From: Vicugna vicugna
Taxonomy: Eukaryota
Direction of reading: 5' to 3'
Length of the DNA: 49,016 nt
Assembly (NCBI GenBank): GCA_013265495.1
Contig: MU058039.1
Coordinates: 1,180,591 to 1,229,606, forward strand
The notes beneath the pieces were generated by a model, which did not search any database, was not told where the DNA came from, and saw nothing but the letters and a program-made list of their open reading frames with translations. Position numbers and translations under genes: made by a program. Each line of letters starts with the position of its first letter. The first letter of the stretch is position 1. Positions 1 through 20,798 of the stretch are shown piece after piece.

Positions 1-1
1 C

Positions 2-259
<258 letters not shown>

Positions 260-1399
260 TGAGCCCCCGTCCCCAAGCCCGTCTGTCACTGGTGTCCAAG
301 GCTGGACTCTGTGCTCAGATGGGTAGGCTGGGGAAGCCTTATGCCAGCTGTCACTAGACCCCAGGCTCAGTGGCTGATTCTTACCTCTCTTGCTCCCCTT
401 GAGGACTGTCCCCTTCTCCCTCTGTGGACACTGCAACTGTCTGGTTATTTTAGGGCCTGTCCAGCCATGCCTTCCAGCTCCCCTTACTTAACCGTCTAAA
501 TTCTGGAAGCATTCACTCTGCCCAAGGGAGGAGGGGTAAGGCATTCTAAGCCATCACCGCCAACAGCCCTTTCCTGTTCAGGGTCCTGTTCTGTTTTGCC
601 TGTATAAAGTGTATAAAACCCAGGCCCTGCCCTCTAGAAGCTCCCAGCCTCGTGAGAAAGGCAGGACAATTGTGTCCAGAGCAAACCAGCCACACGAGGC
701 CATGCACATATGCTCAGGCTACATGGGGGTGGGGAGGAAGTAGGACCGGACCAGTGTTGCAGAGAAAGGATGGCACACCTGAGCTGGCTTGGTCGGGAAG
801 GGCCGCTGAGGAAGGAGGCAGCCTAGGGCCAGCCAGGGCATTCCAGGTGGGGTTGACACAGGCCTGCACTTTGCCCATTCAAGTCACAGTGAGTAATCAA
901 ATTGGAAAAATCACTAGAAAGCTGTGAAAGCATGTGAGAGAGGGTCAGGGTGAAGTGGGTTCTGTAAGCAGTGGGGAGGCGGTGTGAAGGGGTGTCGTAG
1001 GGAGGCTGGAACGGGGAAGCGCTCCATTTACTCCCTGCCTCCCCTCTTCCACCGTCAGGCCTGGACCACAGTGTCTGAATTTCAGGGCAGGGCTCTTAAT
1101 CTGGAGGCTGGGGTTGACTGGTTATGGTGAGGAGAGAGCATGCCTGCTTAGTTTCTGGAGAACAGATCATTTTTTTTCCTGAAGAAAAGGTCCAAGTTTG
1201 CCCCACAGAGGTTTCCAGAGGTGTTCCTTTGGATACGAATTGACCTTATCCGGGTGTCCCCCCCGTCTACCCCCACCCATGGCAGCACAGGTGGCTGAGG
1301 ACTGCCTGAAGAAAGTTTTCCAGTCCTACCCCTTCCCAAGATCTCTCCCTTCCAGGCCAGCTCTTGTTCCTTCTGCTTGTGCGTCCTGCCCCTGACTGA

Positions 1400-1585
<186 letters not shown>

Positions 1586-2172
1586 TGAGACTGTCTAAAA
1601 GAATCTGCATGAACCGGGGACAGTGGTGTCACCTGGGAGCCAGAGCAGGAGCAGCCTGAACAGACCAGACAGGGATGGAGAAGGGTGGGGAAGGGGTCCT
1701 TAAAGAGAGTCAGCTCTCGGAGGCTGCCTTTTGAGCCTGAGGCCAGGAGCCCTTCTCAGGAGGGACGAAGGAGGCGTCCAGGAAGGTGACTCCTGCAAAT
1801 AACCCCAGCCTCTGCCTTCCCCGCCTGCTGCAGGCCTGGAGTCTGGAGCCCACCAAAGTGGAGTGTTTTTCCTTTTCCGCTTTGCCCCATTTCCCAGCCA
1901 TGCACCACCCCCATCCAGGACCCATGCCTCTGGCCTCTGGTGGCCCTTGGGTTTGACTGTCCAGCAGTCCCTTGAGGCCATTCTCAGAGAGAGGAAGTGG
2001 CCTCGTTTTAATCCATTTCCCACAGCCTTGGCCTTTTCAGTGACCATGGGGGATGGAGGGGCCAGGGGTGTGGCCAAGCACGCTGGAGTCACCAAGGGTC
2101 ACTGAAATCAGCTCTGAGGGTCCTTCTCCCAGGATGGCTGTGGCCTGGGAGCCTATGGATCCCGGTGAGTGA

Positions 2173-3503
<1,331 letters not shown>

Positions 3504-5513
3504 TGACTGTAGGCCTCCGTGGCCCCCACCGGGCTGGCACTGGTCCAGTGCTGAGACACCACAGATACTCTCCCTGTGAGGTGGGTGGTGGCATCCCAGT
3601 TTCTCAGACAAGGCAGCTGAATCCCAGCATCCCGTTAGAAGGCAGAGCTGCAGTCTGGGCCTGTGCTGCTCCACGCAGCTGCCTGCTCCACTGGCTGTGC
3701 CGCCCCTGGGAGCGCGGGCTTTCCTCCCCTTCCCTGCAGCTCCTTCCCCTCCCAAACGCCCCAGGAAAGGCTCCTCTCTGCCCCTGCTCCTGCTTCCCAG
3801 CTCGCCAGGCCCCTGTCCTCAGCAGCCCGGTGACACAGGCAGGGCAGTCAGAACTGTCCCTTCCCAGTGGCAGCCTTCCCTGAGCCAGGCTGAATCCCCG
3901 CTGCTCCTGTCAGGGGCCCTCTGCTTCCACAGGAGGGCGCCCAGCTGCCCCTGGGGAGAGAGGCCCGTGTGGCAGCCTGCACATCTTTGTCCCCTCCGCT
4001 TGTCTCCTTGGTGTCCGGTTTTGGTCAGCGGTATATTCCCAGCACCTGATTTTGTCACAGTTGGCAGTTGGGTGGGGAGGAGAAAAAGAAGAAATGAGCT
4101 CTTGTTTATTGAGTGTTTACTACGTGCTGGGGCCTTCTTCGAGGACTGCACACGCACGGGCTCTCAGAGTCCCGCGCACACCTCCGGGAGGGGTGGGTGC
4201 CGGTGTCCCCATTGAAAAGAGGAGGGAACTAAACTCACTGGACAGGGACTTCGACTGCTGCTTCCTTTAGAGCCCCAGCTCCAGCAGGGGCCTTCCCGAG
4301 GGCAGTCTGCCTGGGCCCCTGCTCTGCCACCTCTCAGTGGTGTGACCTCAGAGAAATCACTTCACCTCAGTTCTCCCGCCTGTACGATGGGTAGCAGACT
4401 AGTGCCCACTGTTCTGAGGGGGAAGTGAGCTCAGGCAGGTAAAGAGCTTAGGACGGTGCCTGGCCCTGTAAGCGCTCTACACGTGGCCTGGCAGTAAGAG
4501 CGGCCGGCCCCTGCCCACCTTCCTCTTCCCTTGCCACCTACCCGGCTGTGGTTGGAGCTCCTGTTTGGAATGCTCTGCTGAGGGGAACAGGCAGGGAGAG
4601 TGGAGGGGACCCCCACCCTCATGGGAAGGCAGGATCTGGGTGGACAGTAATGGGAGAGTCCTCACCGCAAACGCAACTAACCACATGTTTGCTGTTGGAC
4701 TCACCCCTCTGCGGACCCCACGCCAGCCTCGCTACCCGCCACATTGCCCTCCAGGGAGTGTGTTCTCTGTCCCAATTGCCTTCTTGTGCTTAGTGCTGAA
4801 CTCTGGTGTAGGGGGCCGGAGGCCTAGAGGGACTCGTAGGAGTGGATACTGGCAGGAAAGCCCAGGTTGGAGCATTTGGGAGTTTTTGAGGCAGCTGGGC
4901 CCCTCTCATGAGGGAGGAAATAAAGGCCAGGCTGTTGGGAGCTGCCCGTCACCAAGGGACGTGCAGGATTCCAGCTTCTCCAGCTGTGAGTCCCGCTTCT
5001 CCCAGCCTGTGTTTACTTCTCAGGACGGCCTTGTAATGCTTTTATTATTGCTGCTGTCTTTTCCCCGGAGGCTCAATCCAGTCTCTTAAAGAGCACTCTT
5101 TGGGTTTCATTTTGTTTTATGAATGCAAGAGCCACCCTAGTCTTAGCACCAAGTATGCCCGTTCATTCCTGGTAGTTTATTTCCCATCACTAAAGCATTT
5201 GCTCCTTGTTTCTTTGCTCACTCATTCATTCATCAACTCTGAGTACCTCCAACACGCCAAGCCCTGAGCTGTGTGCCAGGAGTCCAGCAGTGAAACAGAA
5301 CACTTCTGACTGGCAGCCCACACTTTTGTGGGCCTGCACAGCAGGGCAGAGCTGAGCATGGGGTGCCAGTTGTCCCTCCAGGTTAGGGGTCAAGGACTAA
5401 CCTCTGAGGCTCCCCCACAAGTTGTGACCTTGGCTGTGCTTCCTGCACTCACTCAGGGCTGGGTGTTCGTTGGCCGGGGCCATTGGTGTGTGTCCTTTAG
5501 CATGAAGCAGAGA

Positions 5514-5540
5514 GTGTGTGTGTGTGTGTGTGCGCGTGCG
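5514..5540. repeat. (GT)n microsatellite running into GC
   Basis: gtgtgtgtgtgtgtgtgtgcgcgtgcg. Confidence 0.85.
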
Positions 5541-6205
5541 CCAACCTCAGCTGGTCCCCCATGCACCTTCCCACCTGGCCTGGAAGCAGCGTGTGGAGGG
5601 GAGAGGCTGGGCTTCTGTGCCTGCAGCTGCCCGGGTCTGGAGCCATCCCCAAGCCTCTCTATTTTCCTTCCCCACCACTCTGTAGACCCTCCTCACTATT
5701 TCTGTTCCTGTTCTGTTGCCGTTTCAACTCTTCTTCTTGGACCCTTTCTGTGCTTCCTGAAAGGTACCTGGTCTCTGTGTGGCATCCCTCACCCTCCTTC
5801 TCCACTCCTTGCATTTTCCCCTCAGCAGGACAAAGCAAGACATTGTCCTGCAGTTCTGAGCAGAGACTAGTCACTGTCTCCACTGCTCCCTACTCTCCGA
5901 AGCCCTGGTTTCCCTCCGCCCCGTGGATTGTGACTTCAGCTCAATGAGCCATCAGCACCCTCCTCCAAGGGGGATATTAGGAAGGGGACAGGCGTCCTCT
6001 GCCTGCACACTGACAGCCAGACTTCCGGGGGGCACCAGCACCACCACCCCCAGCCCATCCCCACAGCTTCCTGGTGCTCAGCCTCCCCGTAGCCCGCTTT
6101 CCTACCTGAGGGGAGCATCCTTCAGGGGCTTGGCCTAGTGGAGGACCCTACCCAGCCTCACCCAACCCTCCTCTTTGTGAGCCTGCTATTCCATTTCCCC
6201 CATAG

Positions 6206-6751
<546 letters not shown>

Positions 6752-6899
6752 TGAGACTTTCTAGAAATGGTCACAAGGTTACAGACTGCAGAGTTTGGCC
6801 AAGCCAGTATGTGACCCTTTGGGTTGGTTTCACAAGGCTAAGGCTCAGACTGGTGTGTCACCATGCTAGCCAGCTCCTGGGGTCTCAACCTTGGGTTCC

Positions 6900-7020
6900 T
6901 ACAGAGGTTCTCAAGGACAGAATTTCCTGAACATCCCCACTGCTTTAGAATCAGCTGGGGAGCTTTCTAAAAAATTCCCGTTCCCGTGCCCCATCCACAG
7001 AGAGACTGATTCTGTAGGAT
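6900..7020. mobile_element. MER5-like hAT DNA transposon fragment
   Basis: cagaggttctca...ttagaatcagctggggagcttt...gactgattctgtagg resembles MER5A. Confidence 0.5.
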
Positions 7021-7399
7021 AGAGAGAGACCCAAGAGCTGGTACAGGGACGGACAGGACCACAGTTTGTCACGGCACGCCCCATGCAAGCCCTTCACCAG
7101 CAGGAGCTGCTGTGTCCACAGCAGCACTGTGAGGAGGGAACTCGTATTACCCCCTTGACCGAGTGAGGAAGTAGGCCCAGAGAGCGTCAGGCACAAGTCC
7201 AGAGTCATGGGCTGGCGGCACAGAGGCTCAGCCCCAGGCAGCCCCGCTCCAGAATCGGAAACCAGAATGTCACTTGGGAATGTGGGTGTGTTTAGTACAT
7301 CTCTTCTGGGTCCTCCCCTTTATTTTAAACATTCCCATATTTTAAAAAATTAAAATACCCAAGCTCCCCAAGAGAGGTAGTTTGACTGTTCTTTTAGAC

Positions 7400-7688
7400 C
7401 AGTGGTTCCCAGACTTTGAGATTTCACAGACCAGGAAAATTTAGAAAAGTATTTGACAGCCAACCTATAGTGGCCAACTTTTAATTTTGCTAAGTTAAGG
7501 ATATTTGAGAAAGAAAAAGCTGCCATCTGTTACCACCGTCATTTCTAACACCTAGGAAAGGTTATGTCCTAGAATCCCAGCCCTTCCAGAGAGGGCAGTT
7601 GGCACCACGCACCAAGATGTAAGAACACACGGAGACCTTTGTCCTTGGTTTTCTCATCTTGCTAGAGGCTGGCTTTTGGGAACCACTG
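7400..7688. mobile_element. Non-autonomous hAT/Charlie-type DNA element (289 bp)
   Basis: Perfect 12-bp terminal inverted repeats CAGTGGTTCCCA (7400-7411) and TGGGAACCACTG (7677-7688). Confidence 0.75.
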
Positions 7689-8240
7689 CTCTGGGTGTAT
7701 CTCTGCTGGAGAACAACCGGTTTTACTCTCCTAGGATTGTTCTAGAATGTTCAGTTTGTTTATTTGTTTGTACCGTGTCCTCACTCCATCAAAGACATAA
7801 GTATCCCTTAAAAATACAGATCACTTTCTTTTCCAGTTATACTTTCTACTTTTTATGTCCCGGGCCCTGTGGCATGGCACTGACCACCCCAGAGTAAGAC
7901 AGGCACGCCACGGGTCCTGCCCTTGGGGAGCTTAGTCAGGGGACACTGGAAGCAGTGAGGCTGTCAGACAGTGCTGAGCTCAGTGACAGTGGACTGTTGG
8001 TGGGGGATGATGGGAGAGGCCATCCAGGAGGGGCGTTTGAATTGAAGCTACTCTGCTTAGATGAGGAAAAGGGAGACCAGGAGCAAAGGCAGGAGCAGGA
8101 AGTCACCAGAGATTAGCACCATGGTTCAGAGCGGATGCACATTCCCAGAATTCCCAGCCACAGGATCCCAACGGGATTCACAGAGGAGTTGGGCTGGGGA
8201 GCAGGGGTGATTTCCCAAGGTGGGACCCTCGAAGATCTAG

Positions 8241-8564
<324 letters not shown>

Positions 8565-9116
8565 TAGGCGGCCAGCGAGGCCCAGGAGGCATGCAGAGCT
8601 GCGGGTTCCCTGGGAGGGGCAGAGGGGCAGCCCCAGACCACTCCCAGGCTTATTTGGCCAGCATAGTCTTTCTGAACTAGAATGCCCAGCTTTGGGGTTC
8701 AGGGTGTGGTGGGGAGCTGCACTTAACATTTTACTTTGTTCCTTCTTCCCCTGTCACTCCCTAGAGTTTTACACCCATCCCCAAACCACACCATAGTTTG
8801 TATGCAATCGTTTGAATTTGGACCCCCAGCTGACTGTGACTCCAAGACCTCCAAATGCTTGAGGCCCCTTCACAGAGGAGGGACAATATTCACTGGACAG
8901 TCACCTTCTGACTCCCATAGCCCCATCTGTGGCACTCATTGATTTTCATTCATTTGATCCAGAGGAATTGATTGCACCTGCCATGTGCTGAGCCCTGTCT
9001 AGGCACGAGATCCAGCAAAGCAGGGATAGATGTGACCGCAGCCCACTTCTGCTGCCTTCCTGTCAGCATCCTTCAGGGGGCAGCGCCCTGCTGGCTGCCC
9101 CAGCTCCCTGTGATAG

Positions 9117-9437
<321 letters not shown>

Positions 9438-12400
9438 TAGGCCTCCTTTCCTTCTGCTTGGGAGCATGCATGTCAGAAATGCTGCTCTGGGTTCATGCAG
9501 CCCCGGCAGCAGGAAACAGTTTGGGGCCAGGTCTGCTCAATCTGCTCTGGCCTCAGAGATTACTTACAGGTGGGCCCCTTCCTGGGTCATTGGGAGCCAG
9601 TCATCCAGGAATGCAGCTAATTCCCAACCCAGCTGCATAGGGAAGTGGCTGCTGTCCCTGTCCCCTCTGCTACACCTGCTCTCAGGATGGCACCCCTCTG
9701 GGCCAGGCCTGGCTTGGGGTGGGCTGTCCCATCTCTGGCAGCCTGTGTTCAGACAGCCTGCCTTCCGTCCCCCACACCCTTTGTGACCATGGACTTCACA
9801 CTGAAGAACCCATGCTGGATGGCCCATGATCCTGAGCAGAGTCCTTAAAACAGGCCCAGGAGCTGCTTCCTGGCTCTGCTCCCTGACCTGCAGCTGCTGC
9901 TCGCTGACCACCAGCCACACAGCCTTCAATGTGGCCCACCCAGGGAGCTCTTTCTCACCTCTGCCCTGTCCTGGTGCCTCCCCCAAGAGGCCTGGCCCCC
10001 CTGCAGGATGGCTTCTCCCAAAAGGGCAGCAGTGACTCTGGTTTCTCGGCAGCTCTGCAGCTGCCTGTTCCTTTGGCTTGGAATGTGGAATTCCATCACG
10101 TCCCTGGCCCTCGGTCGGGACCCACACCATGGCTAAGATTCCAGATCCCAGGGGCCTGAAAGCCTTCAGGAAATGGCCAGTGCCTGGGAAAGTGGGAAGC
10201 TGTCCACTGGGCTCCCCACCTCCTACTTCTGGCTGCCTCCTTTCCGACCCTGCCCCGGCCCTTCTGCCACTACTCTGCCCAGCGGGTTTCACACTTCCTT
10301 GCATTGCTCGGTGTGGTTTTTTATCCCTCCCACCCTCACAGTTCCCCATGAGATCCTCACTGAGCCCCTACCCACCCATCTATTTGGCCAGCAGCCCCAA
10401 ACTTGACCAAAGGCTGAGACCCACCCAGAGGCACCTGTACAGAGCCTGCCCTGTCCCTGCCAGGATGCGAACATGCAGCTCTGCAGGATCCACAGACCTG
10501 GTCCCACATCCCATGTGTCCCTGCTTGCAGCCCAACTATGCCCCCCTCACATTAGCTCAGGCCAGCTCTTCTCCATCAGTAGTACCCTGATCCCTCCTCT
10601 GCCAGGGAGGGAATGTGGAAGAGAAGCCAGAAGGAAGAGGTAGCCTGAACCAGGGATGCAGACCCCTCCCTCTGCCTCACAGAAATGGCGCCCATGAGTT
10701 CTGCCCCCTAGCCCTGAAAGAGGGGGTATTGTTGGCATTTAGTTCATTCGTTCATTCACTCATTCACTCAACAAACACTTCTTGAGCCTCTTTCCTGTGC
10801 TCAGTAGTTTCCCAGGTAGGTGAGGTCCCTGCCCAGGGAACCCACAGGCCAGCAGATTTTGTCATTTCTCTTGCCAGAAGACCCTTGGACACATAAGGGG
10901 ATTTGACAGCACCCGTGTCCCAGGCTTGGACTAAACTGTCTCTTTCTGTCATTATCCAAGTGCTGTATCTCCATCATCCTTTCACAGGCTCTGGGCGTCA
11001 TCCCTGTGGATTTCCCTTCTGGTGGCCCCTTATCAGCCCTTTAGCACCTCTCCAGGGGCTCTAGGAGGCCCTGGGAAGGTGGTCTCCTGAGGCCAAGGGG
11101 TGTGGGTGTGACAGCCGACCCTGGGAATGACTCTGGCCGGCCTTCACCTGAAGGCATTTAGGAGATGTTAGCTCAGTCTTTAGACAGTCTCAACTGATTC
11201 AGTGGCCTCCACGCACCCCTGCCCCACCCCAACGTCCCCGCAGGCACTTTGGCATCTGGTTTTGCCCCTTGCATCAGCCCAGAGCCCCCAGGCAGACCTG
11301 CCTACTCTCATTCCCAAGACTTGAAGCCTCTGTCCTTTGAAACACCCAATTATGCAAAATAGGAGGACAGACTGGCCTCCGGACCCCTCTACATCCCTGG
11401 GATCCAGGTGTAGCAGCCTCCTCCCCCTGGGGGTGGGGTGGGCCACCATCACTCTGTGCCTCCTCACCATCCCCCACAGCCTGTAGCAGTGGAAGCTTCT
11501 CAGGGTGTTAGATTGTCTGGGGAGAAGGCAAAAAAGCGAGCTCGCATCGTGCTGCCCCTCGTCCTGAACCCCAGATGGCCATGGCCCCGTCCCCCGATTC
11601 TTCCCAGTGCACCCCTCACCAGCTCCGTTGCTGAAACTCTGCTGAGGCAGAGAAGCAGTAACCTACTATTTCCAGCTCCCACCCTTGGGAGAAAGCAATT
11701 TAGAGAAGAGAATTGCAAGCTTGCCTTTGTGGTTGAACCCACTGCCCCAGGGCTAGGGTGGCTGGGCCTGTGGTGTCAGTCTCCCAGGCTGCTGCCTCCT
11801 GCCTGCGGGTGCCAGGTCCTGTCCTCGGGGTGGCTGAGATGTGGATGGTGCTGGCTCCAAGCCCACCCTTCTCGAGCATCACCTCCCTGAGGCTTTAGGT
11901 TTGGGCTGGCATTGGCCCCATTTTACAGACGAGGAAACAGACAGGGAGAGACAGCATGCCATCCCCTGCTCTGAGTTGCTGCCCCAGACAGGCAACTGTT
12001 GGTCAGATGCTCTGGTGCCAGCTGAGGAGGGGGTCTCTGAGCTGCCGCTCCAGGGGTAGCCCAAGGTAGCTTTAGGGGTTGGGGGTCCCAGTCACCTTCC
12101 CAGGCCAGTGTTTCCCCCTCGGTTCTCTGCAGTACTTTACTGTGCTTGCAGGGCACGCTTGAGCTTCTGGGCCTGCGATGTGTAATTAGCCAGGCTCCAG
12201 GGCTAATAACAGTGTTCCTTCCTTCCTTCAGAGGGCCTGACAGTGGGCCCTGCGTCACTGCAGATGGGAAGCCCTCAGGATAATGTGGAGCAAAGATGTG
12301 TGACAGGACTCCCACCCTGAAGGGGCCTGGCCCCCAAATGCCAGGGGACAGGCATACGGGTCAAGCTCCTGGGAGGCTCCTCCTTCCCCAACCCTGCTGA

Positions 12401-12751
12401 GTCATGGGCTGCAACCACAGCTGCTTCTCCAGACCCCGGCCCTCCCTCTGCAGATGAATGTACACCTTTCCCATCTGGGGTAGCACAATCCAAATTCTTA
12501 CAGCCTGCCAATAAAGTTTAGAACACACAGTTTGAACTGCGATGTCTGTCTCATGCCCACCAACCCCAGTGTCTCCCGACTCCATCCATGATAGAGTTGG
12601 GCTTAGAGGCTTCTGTGGAGGGCCAGGAAAAAGGTTCTGGAGGCTTCTGGCCTTCATGGCACCCTCCTCGGTGAGGCAGGTTGTGGGGTCCGCACCCATT
12701 TCCCTCCCTCTGGTTGGACAGCCCTCTGGGCTCCGCTGCACTGTTGTCTGA

Positions 12752-13099
<348 letters not shown>

Positions 13100-14814
13100 T
13101 AGATTCTCCAGCACAAGGGAAGTCTCTGACCCCTTGTCCTGATTCCTCAGGTTGTCAGGGTCCCTGGGGCTCCACCTCCTGTGCCTGCCACACCAAGGAG
13201 ACCCCCTAGGCCCCTGATGTGGTGGGCAGCCTAGCCCCCGCTGCTCCCTGAGGGAATCAGGCTGCACAGAGAGCCCATTGTTCTGTCTGGCCCCTTCCCT
13301 CTCCTGCTCAGAATACACTTATTGTAAGAGCTTCCAGGCAGCCAGTTCTCTGCCCTCCCTTCCCCGCCCCAGTCAGATAAACTTGTGCACACAATTAGTA
13401 CACTAAGCCTCCAGAGCCAGTGAAAGGGGGCCTTATTCCACCAGCAAAGCGGCCAGCAGCAGGCAGGGAGGGCCTAGGGAGTGGGAGGGCCAGGCCATTA
13501 CTTCATGGAAAATCCACAGGCCCTGGAGGGGCGGCAGGGCTCCCAAAATAGCTGTCTGCTCAAAAATAGGATCCTTGGCTGGAACTGCCCTTTCCAGACA
13601 CCCCCCACCCTGCCATAGTTATCCCCAAAGTTCTGCCTGTTCCTACAAGCCTGGGGCCCAGCAGTGATGCCTGGTGGAGCCCAATGCCGGACAGGGCCAG
13701 TTTCCTCCCTGACTCACTCTCTCCACACTGCCCACCTGCTTTGGGGGTTCCCCATTTGCTCACCCAGAGGCAGGAGTACCATGGACCTTCCACAGTACCG
13801 GAGACACAGCATCCTTATTGGCACTGTTGGGAACCCCTGTACCTGGCACTCCCAGGCCAAGAAGAGTGAGGTCACAGATGCAGATGTCCACCATCCACAG
13901 GGGTTGCAGGGGGTGGAACACTGGCAGGTTCCCCCCATTGACAGGCGAGCCCCTGGAAGCTGGTGGGAAACAGACTTGGAGTAAATCCTAGGCCAGCCTA
14001 ATTCTCAGACACTGGGGAACAGCCATGTGAAACCCATTACCCTGAGCCAGGGAACAAGCAGTCCCTGAGGCAGCTTTCTGGACAGTAGCCCTGCCTGGAG
14101 GAGAAAGGGAGGGCTGTTTGGGGTGCTGTCCGTTCCCCTAAAGATGAGTCAGAGGGCTGAGGTCCAGCCAGCAAGAGCCTGGAATGGACAGCCAGGCTGA
14201 TCGTTGATTAACAAGAATGATGCTCTGCGTGTACCAGCTCATTTCACCCCACAGCAGTCCCACATTACAGAGTGGGGACCGAGGCACAGAGAAGCCAAGG
14301 GGCCTGCCCAGCATCACACAGCTAGGGAGGGAGTAAGACGGGGATGGAGCCCGGGCCGCCTGGCCCTGGTCTGGAGCAGCCCCCTGCTCCTCCCGCAGCC
14401 CCTGTATTCTGCCCGCCCACCTAGCTCACTAGGCAGGTGAGATGATCCCTATGTCCTATTCCTCCCCCAAGTTGTTCCCTGCTCCCCACCCCTCACCAGA
14501 CCCCCAAGGTTTCGCCTGTACACCACCTCCGTAGGTGCCACTAAGAGTATCTTAGTGTCTGGGCCCCAGAAGGGAATCCTGGGGCTGATTAGAGGGAAAG
14601 GGGGCAGGGGGCCAGAAACTATTGTATCAGCACCGTCTTTTCCTGAACCTCAGTCTTTCCAATAATATCAATGCCCATTCCCTAATAAGCTCACTTTTTT
14701 TTCTTGAATATATTGTTAATTACTTTGAATGAGATTGCAGGCTATTGATATATTTTTTCTTAATACCCGTCAAAATAAATACACAACCTTTAATAAATAA
14801 TTGTTGCTTTTTAC

Positions 14815-15010
14815 CTGTTGGGGGCCAAGGGCACTCTCAGCACTCTACATGCATTAAGTGACTTGGTCTCCACAATCACCCCACGCCCTGTTTCACAGAT
14901 TAGAAAACTGAGGTATCCAGAGAGAATTCCATCGCCCTGGGTCACACAAGTACAAAGCCGGAGAGCCGGCATTCCCACACGGGGAACTTGGCCCCGGAGC
15001 CTTATTTTCT
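14815..15010 (-). mobile_element. MIR SINE
   Basis: tttcacagattagaaaactgaggtatccagagag...ggtcacaca MIR core. Confidence 0.6.
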
Positions 15011-15192
15011 AACCAGTGTTCTCTGCTAGACTTTCTTTGAATGGAAAAAGTCCCAATACAGGCATGATTGAGGACCGCACTCTGGGAGCCTTGAGTCAGC
15101 TTCCAGTGACAGAGCAAAGCAGGAAGCCCTGCCACCTCTGTTATTCCCGCCCCCCAGTTCCTCCGGCCTTGGACCAGACGGGTGATAGATGA

Positions 15193-15522
<330 letters not shown>

Positions 15523-15525
15523 TGA

Positions 15526-16046
<521 letters not shown>

Positions 16047-16139
16047 GTAGGTGGCACCCACCCACTGGCAGGGCCAGGACAGGGCTGGCAGGCGAGGGGG
16101 CCCCACCCTGACTGCTCCTGCCTGTGTCCCCACCCCAAG

Positions 16140-16274
16140 GTGCAGCAGCTGGTGCCCAAGCGTGATCATGCCCTCCTGGAGGAGCAGAGCAAACAGCAGT
16201 CCAATGAGCACCTCCGCCGCCAGTTCGCCAGCCAGGCCAACATCGTGGGGCCCTGGATCCAGACTAAGATGGAG
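16140..16274 (+). CDS. ACTN4: ACTN4 exon 16 (135 bp)
   Basis: cccaag|GTGCAG...ATGGAG|gtgagg; [45 protein letters not shown]. Confidence 0.96.
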
Positions 16275-17184
16275 GTGAGGGCTTGTCACCCCAGCCCTGC
16301 TGGGCCCAGGAGAATCTCTAAGGGCAGAGCTGAGGAAGAGCAGGAGGCTGCCCCCCACTGGTAGGAGGTCCCTAGTGCTCCCTGGGGCCAGCAGACTTGG
16401 GGGCCTGGTGGATCTGGGTCCCAGCTGTGAGAGCCCAGACCGCCTCGTGGGATTAGGGGGGTTGATAAGATTCTACTAATGGAAATAGCAGCGCCATCCA
16501 GAGGGAAACTTGGCTGAGGAGTCAGGTAGAGGTGGGTTTGAGTTTTGACTCTGCCCTTGACTGATGGTCAGTCACAGTTTAACCTCTGCTCCTCAGTTTT
16601 CTCATCTCTAAAAGGGGATGAAAACAGTTATTCCCGTCCCTCTGCAAATGCTTTAGGACACCGCTCTATGCCAGCCCCATCGTGAGCACTGTAGCTCATG
16701 CTGTAGCTGTGACCAAGGTGGTCTGAGCTCAGGCCCTCCCCAGTGCTCACTAGTTCCCGCGTGACCCAGCTGCAGGGTTTGTAAAGATGCCGATTGCGAT
16801 GCAGGCCACCATTTAATGAGTGCTCGCTATGCACCAGGCACCGTGCTGACCAGAGAAGCCTCATTGAGATTCATGGCAGGGCTGAGACGGTTGGGCAGGT
16901 CAGCCTCATGGCTCAGCGCAGGCTGCACAGGTGGCCACTGTGGGTGGTGAGGCACAGGGTGCTCATGGTCAGGAGCAGGAGTTCTGAAGTTGGCCAGGCC
17001 TGGGTGCCCATCCCGGCCCTGCCTCTTACTGTGGTAAGTTGCCCTTTTTGGGCCTCAGTTTCCATCTGTGCAGAATAGGCATGTCCTAGTCCTGGGCCTC
17101 ACAAGGAGTCAAGTGGGGTGCAGTGAGGTTACAGCTGAGAAGCATTGGCACAGAAACTCTGCATCGTGGCTGCTGTTCCACTAG

Positions 17185-17565
<381 letters not shown>

Positions 17566-17915
17566 TGACGTGAAGTAGCGCAGGCCAGGCCGCCTTATTG
17601 TAAATGGTTTGTGCCTGTAGAAGAGGTGTCGGCTGCCTGCTGTCTTCTCTTTCACTCTAACTGAAAAGACTAGACCAAATGTTTACGTGTTTTTAAAAAA
17701 GTAGTTTCCCTCTTCCAGCAGCAGGATAAGCTCCCAAGGGAGCTGTGAGGGTGGGCAGCGCCTGCTCCCCGTGTGGCCTCAGCAGTTTTGTCCTCACCTG
17801 ACACAGATCCAACCAGCATATGCGGGAGTCCCGAACACCAGCTGAGCGCCACAGGGTTAAAGTGTCAGGGCTGGCTGTCATCACATTGGTAGCCTGAAAT
17901 TGTCCATGGTGATAG

Positions 17916-18770
<855 letters not shown>

Positions 18771-18782
18771 TGAACAGACTAG

Positions 18783-19973
<1,191 letters not shown>

Positions 19974-20134
19974 TGACTCCCTGAGCCGCCCACCTCCTTT
20001 CCTGGAAGTGTCTGGGGAGAGGAGGTCAGGCCTCCGGCTCTCTCCCCTTTTCTTTCTCTTTCTTTCTTTCTTTCCTCCCCACCCTCCAGAGCTAACTTGT
20101 GAGCCCGGGGCTGAGGAGCAGTAAACCTGTTTGA

Positions 20135-20798
<664 letters not shown>

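Noticed and set aside
10743..10772. TCAT/YCAY clusters (also 5217-5233, 8936-8955, 27121-27140) as NOVA sites
   Set aside because: Each is followed by typical reverse LINE-2 3' sequence (caaacac...ttgagc...tgtgc), so they are L2 tails.
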